Origin: Clostridiales bacterium
GTDB lineage: Bacteria; Bacillota; Clostridia; Christensenellales; CAG-917
Reading direction: 5' to 3'
Length of the DNA: 64,000 bases
Assembly: GCA_022009995.1 (NCBI GenBank)
Contig: CP091734.1
Span: 1,089,200-1,153,199 of the forward strand
The position numbers and the translations under genes are program-made. Below the pieces are notes generated by a model. That model had not been told where the DNA came from, ran no database searches, and saw only the letters and a program-made list of their open reading frames with translations. Of this stretch, positions 10,977-19,650 are shown piece after piece (position 1 is the first letter of the stretch; every line of letters starts with the position of its first letter).

Positions 10977-11499
10977 ATGGATAATCTTGACAGCACCGTC
11001 AATAAATTAATTATCTTGTACATTTTCGACGCGATCGAAATGCCTCTTGCCGAGGACAGCATCGTCGATATCTGTTACTATGACCTGAAATGTATGCAGT
11101 ATATCGACTGCAAGGAAGCAATCGCAAATCTTCTGGACGCCGGGCTTATCGTCGACGCGGACGGCGCGGGCAAGGCAACTTACAACATTACCCGCGACGG
11201 ATACGAGTGTCTGAAACATTTACACGCGCATTCCGTCCCACTACCGCGACCAGATTATGACCTATTGCAAGGAAAACCGCTTGAACCTTCGCAAAAAACA
11301 GGAATATTTCAGCGATTACTTCAAAAACGACGACGGCAGCTACACCGTGCTCCTGCGTATCCTGGACAAGAACCTTGTTATTATGGAATTGAAATTCATC
11401 GTCGCAAGCCGTAATAACGCAAAATGGATTGTCAAAAACTGGGGCGACAAAGCGGCGCAGATCTACGGAGTCCTGTACGAATCACTTATGGAAAACTAG
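10977..11499 (+). CDS. DUF4364-like protein; frameshift ~11222
   Basis: ORFs 10977-11414 and 11257-11499 join as ..ECLKH/YTRIPSHYRDQIMTYCKENRL... The family call is from recollection of DUF4364 sequences. Confidence 0.5.
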
Positions 11500-11509
11500 G
11501 AGGACATAT

Positions 11510-11752
11510 ATGCCAATTTACAGAACAAAAGGAACTTGCTCACGAGAAATAATTTTTACGGTCGACAACAACATTCTGACAGACTTGAAATTCATCGGCG
11601 GCTGCTCGGGCAATTTGCAGGGCATCCAAAGACTTTGCATCGGTAAACCCATCGACGAAATAATCGCTACGCTTTCCGGCATCAAGTGCCGCAACGATAC
11701 GTCGTGCCCGGATCAGTTGGCGAAGGCTCTTAGCGAATACAAAACCAAGTAA
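11510..11752 (+). CDS. Small TSCPD-domain protein (TIGR03905-like)
   Basis: RBS AGGAGG at 11498-11503. MPIYRTKGTCSREIIF...GGCSGNLQG...CRNDTSCPDQLA. Confidence 0.6.
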   Translation: MPIYRTKGTCSREIIFTVDNNILTDLKFIGGCSGNLQGIQRLCIGKPIDEIIATLSGIKCRNDTSCPDQLAKALSEYKTK

Positions 11753-11797
11753 AGTAAAACGGCGATAATTCGCGCCTTTTTGAGTTTTTCCGAGAAC

Positions 11798-11889
11798 CTG
11801 AAAATCCGTGTACGCATTAGTACACTAGGATTTTCAGAACCCCGAAAGAAACGTCAAAAATCCATCAAATTCTCGCCGTTTTAAGAGAA
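11798..11889 (+). repeat. REP/MITE-like structured repeat, copy 1 (short form)
   Basis: Hairpin CTGAAAATCC-GTGTAC-GCATTA-GTACAC-TA-GGATTTTCAG at 11798-11837. The blocks GTACACTAGGATTTTCAGAACCC and CAAATTCTCGCCGTTTTAAGAGAA recur at 15523-15545 and 15603-15626. Confidence 0.75.
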
Positions 11890-11906
11890 GTTTTTAGATA
11901 ACAAAT

Positions 11907-11938
11907 AAAATCCCGCTTTTCGTAAGCGGGATTTTTTT
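11907..11938. terminator. Bidirectional terminator between convergent genes
   Basis: AAAATCCCGCTT / AAGCGGGATTTTTTT. Confidence 0.8.
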
Positions 11939-11992
11939 AAGACAAATGGAAAACGCCGCGGTTGCGGCGTTTTGTCGTTTTAATAAATTTTG

Positions 11993-13401
11993 TTATTTGT
12001 TCATTATTTCCAGGCATTGCGCGAAGAACTGCGTTGCCTTTTCCATTGCGTCGATGCTGACGCGTTCGTTGATGGCGTGGATACGTTTCTGGTCGTCCAG
12101 CGTCATCAAAAACGGGGTGAAACGATAAATATTGTCGCACACGTCGCCGTAATAGCGGCTGTCGCTGTTTGCGATGAACATATAAGGCGCGGTGACCATT
12201 GTCGGGAAAATCTGTTTGATTGCGACGTTCAGGTCGTGCCACGGTTTGACGTCGATGGGTGAAACCGCCGTTGCTTCCGTACCTTTGCCGTGTCTTTCGA
12301 CCTTGACGTCTTTGCCCAGAAGTTTTTGGGTATAGGCGATGACTTCGTCGCTTGAAACGCCGGTGATGATACGGGTATTGATATTCGCCGTGACCTTGGG
12401 CGGAATGACGTTTTCGGCGTCGCTGCCGTGGAGCATCGTCTGCGCGAAGGTCGTGGAGATGAGTGAATTCGTCAAAGGAATCTTCTTGAAAACGAATTTA
12501 AGAAGCGGGCTTAAAATATCGCGGTTTACAAGGACCATTCTGATGGGAAACTTCATATGCGGCGCAAGCAACTTAAAAGTTTGTTTGGTTGCGGGCGTCC
12601 ATTTGCTGGGCATGGGGTGTTTGTCGAGTTTAATCAACGCTTTGCCAAGGAGTGCCGCCGCGGAAGGTTTTGACGGATTTGACGCGTGTCCGCCCGACTT
12701 TCGACGGTGAGCGTCATATTAAGGTTGCCTTTTTCGCACGTTGCGATAAGACCGAAGAGTTTATCGACGCCGATCATATTGCCGTCGATAATGGTGCCGC
12801 CTTCGTCGATAATGTATTCAAACTTAATGTTTTGTTGTTTGAACCACGCGCAGATATGCGCAGCGCCTTCTTCCGTCCAGGCTTCTTCGTCGTGACCGAA
12901 GCAAAAATAAACGTCGCGTTCGGGCTGCCAACCTTCGGACAAAAGTTTTTCGGTGGCTTCAAGGATTGAAATCATCGTGCCTTTCATATCCTGCGTGCCG
13001 CGTCCCCAGATGAAACCGCCGTCGATAGTGCCGCCGAACGGCTCGTAATCCCAGCCTTCTTTCGGAGCGGGGACGACGTCCTGATGTGCAAGGAATGCGC
13101 CGGGGGCAAGCGTCGGATTTTTACCTTTGAAGCGATAAACCAGACTGTAATTGTTGATGACGGTTTTTTCCGCCGTTTTATGGATCAGAGGATAGGTCTT
13201 TTCAAGCCAGGCGTGATAGTCGTGGAAAGGTTTGTCCTGACCTTCAAACTCGCCGACCATCGAAACCGTGGGGATTTGCACCGCCTCGGACAAGTGTTTT
13301 GCGATAAGGTCTTTGTCGAAATCTCTTGCTTTGAACTCGCCCGCGTCGATTTCTTGCGGTTTGCACAGCAAAGTGCGGATAATCATCGTGGTTAATAACA
13401 T
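11993..13401 (-). CDS. M20-family metallopeptidase (carboxypeptidase/dipeptidase-like); frameshift ~12694 in a G/C run
   Basis: AHQDVVP, GRGTQDMKG and GHDEE motifs. RBS AAGGAG precedes ATG 13401. ORFs 12634-13443 and 11993-12637 join as ..LTVESRGGHASNPSKPSAAALLGKALIKLDKH.. if one G is added. Confidence 0.85.
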
Positions 13402-13582
13402 AACGTAACTCCTTCGATTATTGTTATAAACATTGTAATACATAGTGTATGAATTTGCAACTTTTGTAAAAATAAATATTGCGAAACGCGCGGATTTAGT
13501 GTATCATATAATTATAGAATAAAATGGGGTAGAATGGTTTTTGCCGCATTGAAAACAAGAATTTATTATGGAGGCATATACA

Positions 13583-15358
13583 ATGACGACCAATAAAAAA
13601 GTTTTACAGTTTGTCGACGAAGCAGTGGCTCTTGCCAAACCCGATAAAGTGGTTTGGATTGACGGCAGCGAAGCTCAACTCGAAGCGTTGAGAAAAGAAG
13701 CGATCGCGTCGGGTGAAATGATTAAACTCAACGACGAAAAATTGCCGGGTTGCTTATATCACCGTACGAAACCCAACGACGTCGCTCGCGTCGAGGGCAG
13801 GACTTTCATTTGCAGCAGAAGAAAAGAAGACGCAGGTCCCACCAACAACTGGATGGATCCCGAAGAAATGTACAAAAAACTCAAAGCCATCGCGAAAGAC
13901 AGTATGATCGGTCGCACGATGTACGTTATCCCGTTCTCGATGGGCGCGGTAAACAGCCCGTTTGCAAAAATCGGTATCGAAACCACCGACAGCATTTACG
14001 TTGTCCTGAACATGGCGATTATGACCAGAATCGGTCAGAAAGTCCTTGACAGACTCGGCGACAGCGAAGACGTTGTGCGCGGATTCCACGCAAAATGCAA
14101 CGTCGACGAAAACGAAAGATACATCGTTCAGTTCCCCGAAGACAATGCAATCTGGTCGGTCAACAGCGCATACGGCGGAAACGTCCTTCTGGGCAAGAAA
14201 TGCTTTGCGCTTCGTATCGCGTCGTATCAGGGCAAAAACGAAGGCTGGATGGCTGAACATATGCTCATTCTCGGCGTCGAAAAACCCAACGGCGAGACGA
14301 AATACGTCACGGCGGCGTTCCCGTCGGCTTGCGGCAAGACCAACCTTGCAATGCTTATTCCGCCCGAGGTTTATACCAAAAAAGGCTATCGCGTTTATAC
14401 GGTCGGCGACGACATCGCGTGGCTTCGCGTAGGCGCGGACGGCAGACTTTACGCAATCAACCCCGAGGCGGGCTTCTTCGGCGTCGCTCCCGGTACGAAC
14501 GAAAAATCGAACCCCAACGCTCTTGCTTCCACAAGAAAGAATACCATTTTCACGAACGTTGCAATCAATCCCGAAGATAATACCGTGTGGTGGGAAGGTC
14601 TTACCAAAACACCGCCCGCACGCCTTATCGACTGGAAGGGCAATCCCTGGACGCCCGATATGAAAGACGCCGACGGCAAACCCGTCAAAGCGGCGCACCC
14701 CAACAGCCGTTTCACCGCACCCGCAATCAACTGCCCGTGCATCAGCAGTGAATTCGAGGCTCCCAACGGCGTGCCCATCAGCGCAATCATTTTCGGCGGA
14801 CGTCGCGCGGCAACCACTCCTCTTGTATATCAGTCCAGAAGTTGGGACAACGGCGTTTTCGTCGGCAGCATTATGGCTTCCGAAACGACCGCTGCGGCGG
14901 CAGGCGCGGTAGGCGTCGTACGTCGCGACCCGATGGCAATGCTGCCTTTCTGCGGATATCATATGGGCGACTACTTCCAGCACTGGATCGATATGGGCAA
15001 AAAGATTAAGGTTCAACCCAAAATCTTCAACGTCAACTGGTTCAGGACGGACAGCGAAGGTCACTTCATCTGGCCGGGATTCGGCGACAATATGCGCGTG
15101 CTTGACTGGATTTTGAAACGTTGCGAAGAAACCGTCGACGCGGACGAAACCGCAATCGGATATGTTCCGAAACCCGAAGATATCAACCTTGAAGGTTGCA
15201 GCGTGGACGAAGAAACCCTGAAAGGTCTTCTTAACGTCGATACCGAAACCTGGAAGAAAGAAGCCGAAGGCATTAAGGAATTCTATAAGAAGTTCGGCGA
15301 CAAGCTCCCGAAGGAGTTGAACGAAGAGCTCAGCGCTCTTGAATCCCGCCTTAATTAA
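13583..15358 (+). CDS. pckG: Phosphoenolpyruvate carboxykinase (GTP)
   Basis: Intact ORF with kinase motif FPSACGKTNLAML and GTP-PEPCK-wide similarity. GGAGG sits 9 nt before ATG 13583; the ORF track starts at 13568. Confidence 0.9.
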   Translation: MTTNKKVLQFVDEAVALAKPDKVVWIDGSEAQLEALRKEAIASGEMIKLNDEKLPGCLYHRTKPNDVARVEGRTFICSRRKEDAGPTNNWMDPEEMYKKLKAIAKDSMIGRTMYVIPFSMGAVNSPFAKIGIETTDSIYVVLNMAIMTRIGQKVLDRLGDSEDVVRGFHAKCNVDENERYIVQFPEDNAIWSVNSAYGGNVLLGKKCFALRIASYQGKNEGWMAEHMLILGVEKPNGETKYVTAAFPSACGKTNLAMLIPPEVYTKKGYRVYTVGDDIAWLRVGADGRLYAINPEAGFFGVAPGTNEKSNPNALASTRKNTIFTNVAINPEDNTVWWEGLTKTPPARLIDWKGNPWTPDMKDADGKPVKAAHPNSRFTAPAINCPCISSEFEAPNGVPISAIIFGGRRAATTPLVYQSRSWDNGVFVGSIMASETTAAAAGAVGVVRRDPMAMLPFCGYHMGDYFQHWIDMGKKIKVQPKIFNVNWFRTDSEGHFIWPGFGDNMRVLDWILKRCEETVDADETAIGYVPKPEDINLEGCSVDEETLKGLLNVDTETWKKEAEGIKEFYKKFGDKLPKELNEELSALESRLN

Positions 15359-15397
15359 AAAGTCATAATTTTGCGACCTTTTGCTTTTTCGGCGGAA

Positions 15398-15626
15398 CTT
15401 GAAAATTCGTTAAAGGGGACCCCGCGGGATACTGTGTACTCGCGGGGAAAAGGCGCACACAAGCAAAAGAGTGAGCGTTATCGCTTGCGATAACGTGATT
15501 TCAAAAACGAAGTGTGCGACGCGTACACTAGGATTTTCAGAACCCGCCGAGAAAACCACAATCTCATCAAAATTCTGACTTTTTAGAGAATTATTATATT
15601 TACAAATTCTCGCCGTTTTAAGAGAA
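15398..15626 (+). repeat. REP/MITE-like structured repeat, copy 2 (long form with ~115-nt structured insertion and duplicated tail)
   Basis: Left arm CTTGAAAATTCGT and right arm GTACACTAGGATTTTCAGAACCC match copy 1. Internal hairpins CCCCGCG/CGCGGGG and CGTTATCGC/GCGATAACG. The tail motif is duplicated at 15565-15590 and 15603-15626. Confidence 0.7.
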
Positions 15627-15641
15627 TATAGGTAAACTATT

Positions 15642-15667
15642 AAATCCCGCCTTTTTTGGCGGGATTT
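15642..15667 (+). terminator. Rho-independent terminator
   Basis: AAATCCCGCC / GGCGGGATTT with a T-rich tail. Confidence 0.7.
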
Positions 15668-15728
15668 ATTTATGCGTTTTATGGCAGGTGGCATATGAAA
15701 AATGCATAATATTTTCAATTTTTTTTGC

Positions 15729-15756
15729 TTGACAATCAAAAAGTATCGTGTATAAT
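15729..15756 (+). promoter_or_regulatory. Sigma-A-type promoter of the T-box leader
   Basis: TTGACA (15729-15734), 16 nt spacer, TATAAT (15751-15756). Confidence 0.7.
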
Positions 15757-15769
15757 TATTTTCAACAAC

Positions 15770-16015
15770 ATATAAAGGCGTTTATGAGGACGTGACAAAG
15801 TTTTGGCAGCACAGAGAGCCGTCGGTCGGTGTAAGACGGTATGCGGATTTTGTCTTATCACCTTCCAGTCGCCCGACAGAACGGAAACTATTAAGTCGGG
15901 ACGGGCGCTCCCGTTACAGAGCAACGCATTGATTGATGCGTAAGTGGCTGTTAAAGCAATTTGAGTGGTACCGCGGATTAATTCTCCGTCTCAAAACGAG
16001 ACGGGGATTTATTTT
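15770..16015 (+). promoter_or_regulatory. T-box riboswitch leader, probable Ile (AUC) specifier
   Basis: AGAGAG bulge at 15813-15818. Distal loop GGUCGGUGUAA. T-box motif AATTTGAGTGGTACCGCGG at 15958-15976. Terminator CTCCGTCTC/GAGACGGGG plus T-run at 15984-16015. Specifier loop 3' side UUAUCA puts AUC (15857-15859) before the conserved A. Confidence 0.8.
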
Positions 16016-16029
16016 ATAAGGATAAAGAT

Positions 16030-17685
16030 ATGCAACTTTACGAAAAATACGTTACCGAAACCGTTGACGAAAAAACGGGCAGACTGACAAAAATCGATTT
16101 TCATATTCCCGACGACTTCAATTTCGGGTTTGACGTGGTGGATTTCTGGGGCAAAAACACCCCCGATAAAACCGCGCTTTTGTGGGTTGGCGAACATCAC
16201 GAAGAAAAAACGTTCACTTTTTCGGATATGATGCGTCTTACAAACAAAACGGCAAATTATTTCAGGTCGCTGGGCATTAAAAAAGGCGACAGGGTAATGC
16301 TTATTCTGCGCCGTCATTATCAATTCTGGTTTTCAATCGTTGCGCTGCACAAAATCGGCGCGATCGTCATTCCCGCAACGGATCAACTTATGAAAAAGGA
16401 CCTTGTATACAGGTTCAATCTTGCGGGCGTGAGCGCGGTTGTCATCAGTTCCACAGGGAGTATCGTCGACGAGGCGGAAAAAGCCTTTGAACAATGCGAC
16501 GTCAAAACGAAAATACTTGTCGGGGCAAGCCGTGACGGCTGGCACGATTTCGACACGGAATTTCAGGCGTTTTCGGACGAGTTCAAGCGTGGCGAAGGCG
16601 TTGACGCAACTTATAAAAACGACGCCGCTCTTATGTTCTTTACGTCGGGCACGTCGGGTTATCCGAAACTTGTCATGCACGACCACGCATACGCAATCGG
16701 ACACTTTATCACTGCCAAATGGTGGCATAATATCGACGGAAACGGCGTTCACCTGACGATTGCGGACACCGGCTGGGGCAAAGCGGTCTGGGGCAAACTG
16801 TATGGACAATGGCTGATGGGCAACTGTGTTTTCGTTTACGATTTCACCCGTTTCAATGCCGACGATATGCTGTCCGTCATCGAAAAGCACAAAATCACGA
16901 CGTTTTGCGCGCCGCCCACGATTTTCAGGTTCCTTATCAAAGAAGACTTGTCAAAGTACGACATTTCCAGCATAAAATACGCGACGATCGCCGGCGAAGC
17001 GCTGAATCCCGAGGTATATAAACAATTTTTGAGCCTTACGGGCATCAAACTTATGGAAGGCTTCGGACAGACCGAAACGACGCTGACGCTTGCAAACCTT
17101 CTTCATATGAACCCGAAACCCGGCAGCATGGGCATGCCGAGCCCTCAGTATAAAATCAAACTGATTACCGCCGACGGCAGACTTGCCGCAAACGGCGAAG
17201 AAGGCGAAATCTGCGTCGATATTTCGGAAGGCGCGCCCGTCGGACTTTTCCGCGGATATTACAACAACGAAGAAGCGACAAAAGCGGTAATGCACGATGG
17301 ACTTTATCACACGGGTGACACGGCGTGGCGCGACGAAGACGGCTATTATTGGTTTGTCGGGCGCACCGACGACATCATCAAATCGTCGGGCTATCGCATC
17401 GGACCGTTTGAAATCGAAAGCGTGCTTATGGAACACCCTGCCGTTCTGGAATGCGCGATAACGGGCGCACCCGATCCCGTGCGCGGACAAGTTGTCAAGG
17501 CAACGATTGTCCTTGCGAAAGGTTATACCCCGTCGGAAGAACTGAAAAAGGACATCCAGCAATACGTGAAAAGACTTACCGCACCGTACAAATACCCGCG
17601 CATCGTGGAATTCGTGACGGAACTTCCAAAGACGATTTCCGGCAAAATCAGGCACGCCGAAATAAGGAAACAGGATAATCAATAA
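16030..17685 (+). CDS. AMP-forming acyl-CoA synthetase (medium/short-chain, ACSM/AcsA-like)
   Basis: 551 aa intact ORF. Adenylate-forming motifs FFTSGTSGYPK, YHTGD, GRTDDIIKSSGYRIG and PKTISGKIRH. Confidence 0.9.
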   Translation: MQLYEKYVTETVDEKTGRLTKIDFHIPDDFNFGFDVVDFWGKNTPDKTALLWVGEHHEEKTFTFSDMMRLTNKTANYFRSLGIKKGDRVMLILRRHYQFWFSIVALHKIGAIVIPATDQLMKKDLVYRFNLAGVSAVVISSTGSIVDEAEKAFEQCDVKTKILVGASRDGWHDFDTEFQAFSDEFKRGEGVDATYKNDAALMFFTSGTSGYPKLVMHDHAYAIGHFITAKWWHNIDGNGVHLTIADTGWGKAVWGKLYGQWLMGNCVFVYDFTRFNADDMLSVIEKHKITTFCAPPTIFRFLIKEDLSKYDISSIKYATIAGEALNPEVYKQFLSLTGIKLMEGFGQTETTLTLANLLHMNPKPGSMGMPSPQYKIKLITADGRLAANGEEGEICVDISEGAPVGLFRGYYNNEEATKAVMHDGLYHTGDTAWRDEDGYYWFVGRTDDIIKSSGYRIGPFEIESVLMEHPAVLECAITGAPDPVRGQVVKATIVLAKGYTPSEELKKDIQQYVKRLTAPYKYPRIVEFVTELPKTISGKIRHAEIRKQDNQ

Positions 17686-17700
17686 AAGAAAAAATATGAC

Positions 17701-17727
17701 AAAATCCACGGTTTAACCGTGGATTTT
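17701..17727. terminator. Bidirectional terminator between convergent genes
   Basis: AAAATCCACGG / CCGTGGATTTT. Confidence 0.8.
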
Positions 17728-17749
17728 TGCTTATAAAAACATTGTTTTG

Positions 17750-18364
17750 TTACTTTGATTTAATTATTCTTACGATTTGTTCAATGTAAAGTGTCTTGAA
17801 TTCCTGGTCGTTAAGGTTGAAAATTTGTCCGAAGTGATTGCCGTTTAAGATATTGAACGTGCTGAAAAACGGAGTCAGGAAAGTTGACAGAAGGACGAGG
17901 TATCTTGCCTTCAATTCGTTGTCGCTTGCCGCGCTTGTCGCGCGCATATACGAAATTACCTTAAAGCACAAATCGGAATCCGTTGAAAACATCTGGCTTA
18001 CCGTTTTGTTGAAATAATTGTTGTATTCCACGTTTTCGGGGGCGAGCATAAAATTTATGACGTTGATGTTTTCGGCACAGTATTCGTGGCAGGCGTTGAA
18101 AAATGCGGAAATGGTTTCCTCGGGATGAGTGTTCAGTTCCACCAAACTTGCGACAAGGTTGTCGGCAATTTTTTTGAAGTCGGAAATCGTGCGTCTGATG
18201 ACGACGGAAATCAGCGATTTTTTGTCGGTGAAATGATAATTTATCGCAGCAATATTCACGCCGGCGTCGTCGGAGATTTCCTTAATGGTAACTTTCCCGT
18301 TGGCTTTTAAGAGTTTAACGGTGCTGTTGATTATTGCGGTTTTGGTAAATTCGGTCTTTTTCAT
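17750..18364 (-). CDS. TetR/AcrR-family transcriptional regulator
   Basis: N-terminal HTH: VTIKEISDDAGVNIAAINYHFTDKKSL. Confidence 0.85.
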   Translation of the reverse strand: MKKTEFTKTAIINSTVKLLKANGKVTIKEISDDAGVNIAAINYHFTDKKSLISVVIRRTISDFKKIADNLVASLVELNTHPEETISAFFNACHEYCAENINVINFMLAPENVEYNNYFNKTVSQMFSTDSDLCFKVISYMRATSAASDNELKARYLVLLSTFLTPFFSTFNILNGNHFGQIFNLNDQEFKTLYIEQIVRIIKSK

Positions 18365-18569
18365 AATTCAAAAATATCGTGTGTTTTTTTCAAATATATA
18401 TTAATGATATTATGAAATCCGCGATTTGTAAAGAATTTTTTTGACAATTTAAAAAAAATGTCGGAAATTTTCCTTTGAAAAACGGCGATTTGTCTTTCGC
18501 AAAATTATTAAAAACACCCGTTTGTAAGTATTTTTTTGCATAAAAAAGGCGGGATATAATCCCGCAATC

Positions 18570-18644
18570 TGGCACCCCCTAGGAGAATCGAACTCCTGTT
18601 TCCGCCGTGAGAGGGCGGCGTCTTAACCGCTTGACCAAGGAGGC
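18570..18644 (-). tRNA. tRNA-Glu (anticodon CUC), CCA encoded
   Basis: Reverse complement GCCTCCTTGGTCAAGCGGTTAAGACGCCGCCCTCTCACGGCGGAAACAGGAGTTCGATTCTCCTAGGGGGTGCCA folds as a cloverleaf. Anticodon loop CTCTCAC. A terminator lies at 18543-18566. Confidence 0.9.
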
Positions 18645-18762
18645 ACAATATATTTAGCGTTTATAATCTATCATAATTTATCGCAGTTGACAAGCGTTTT
18701 TACGAATTTATCGGCAAAATATTTTCTTGACAACGCCGTCGCTTTGGCATATCCTTTTTATT

Positions 18763-19161
18763 ATGAAGTTTTTTAAGAAGAAAAAGAAACCCGTTTACGA
18801 TATGGCTGACCAATCGTTTGTCGCAAGCGTTCTGGACGCTTTGAATTTGTCGCACGGCGACGCCGTCCTTGAAATATCGAAAGACAGCGTGCTTTCTGAA
18901 AGTTATTTTGCAAACAGATACGGCGCATACGTAAAGCACCTGAAAACCGCAAGCGAATTTACGGGCGGATTTTTTGAACTATCGGTGATGATCGACGTGG
19001 TTTCCGACTTTGAAAACCTGTTTGAAATCGCAAGGGAAAATTCCGAACAGGTCGCCGTAATATATCTTAAAAAATGCGTTGAAAAATTGCCGCCTAAATT
19101 TTGCGGTGCGCCGTGCAAAACGAGCGTTTCAAGCGGGAATTATAAATTCTTTTTATTCTGA
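18763..19161 (+). CDS. Hypothetical protein (~132 aa)
   Basis: ORF with ATG 18763 (MKFFKKKKKPVYDM...) and terminator AAATCGCGCA/TGCGCGATTT at 19166-19191. No family recognised and no clear RBS. Confidence 0.4.
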   Translation: MKFFKKKKKPVYDMADQSFVASVLDALNLSHGDAVLEISKDSVLSESYFANRYGAYVKHLKTASEFTGGFFELSVMIDVVSDFENLFEIARENSEQVAVIYLKKCVEKLPPKFCGAPCKTSVSSGNYKFFLF

Positions 19162-19245
19162 CGTAAAATCGCGCATTGTGCGCGATTTTTTAAATTAAAA
19201 AACAACAACGAAAAAGACCGGAACGCTTATCACGTTTCGGTCTTT

Positions 19246-19321
19246 TGGAGCTGGTGGGCGGATTCGAACCGCCGACCTGTTCATTACGAGTGAACCGCTC
19301 TACCTGCTGAGCCACACCAGC
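19246..19321 (-). tRNA. tRNA-Thr (anticodon CGU), CCA encoded
   Basis: Reverse complement GCTGGTGTGGCTCAGCAGGTAGAGCGGTTCACTCGTAATGAACAGGTCGGCGGTTCGAATCCGCCCACCAGCTCCA. Anticodon loop CTCGTAA. Confidence 0.9.
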
Positions 19322-19433
19322 AAAACATTTGTTATTATATCATAAATTATCAAATTATCAAGCAAATTTAAGCAGTATCGAAAAATTTTTCGGGAAAATG
19401 CGAAATATAAAAAACGTCGCGCGGGCAAAGCGC

Positions 19434-19647
19434 AAAAAAAAGACCGCCGCGACGAGCGACGGTTTTATCGCCAAGTTGCCGACTGTAACTTTTTGCGCAA
19501 CCTATGCGCATAGGTGGGCAAACTATCCGAAACCGCTGTTTTCCTTCATGGTCCGTGAGGACAAGGCGTAACATAAGAGACGGAAATCGTAATCCCTGAA
19601 AGTTGTGGTTGGAAAATAAGTTACATATCGTACAACCCAGGTACATC
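19434..19647 (-). ncRNA. Candidate structured sRNA with its own promoter and terminator, 6S-RNA-like architecture; identity unresolved
   Basis: Promoter at 19651-19678. By-eye long irregular hairpin: 5'/3' closing pairs CUGGGUUG/CAACUUGG, GUAACUU/AAGUUAC and CAACC/GGUUG, a large internal bubble, and apical stem CCUU-GUCC-UCAC-GGAC-AAGG. Terminator ACCGTCGC/GCGGCGGT plus T8 at 19434-19463. Confidence 0.4.
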
Positions 19648-19650
19648 TTA

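Noticed and set aside
15410-15924. Minus-strand ORFs 15410-15739 and 15736-15924
   Set aside because: They overlap the structured repeat, a terminator and the T-box leader. Their translations have no motifs. The region is explained by RNA elements.
19500-19575. Possible SRP RNA domain IV: plus-strand hairpin GGUCC-GUGA-GGAC with a GNRA loop, and minus-strand GAAGGAAAACAGCGG resembling GGAAGGAAGCAGCC
   Set aside because: Neither orientation reproduces the symmetric-loop AGCA/GGU pattern. The promoter and terminator are on the strand where the loop is UCAC. A much better SRP RNA candidate exists at 53408-53721. Kept only as an unclassified, 6S-like sRNA.
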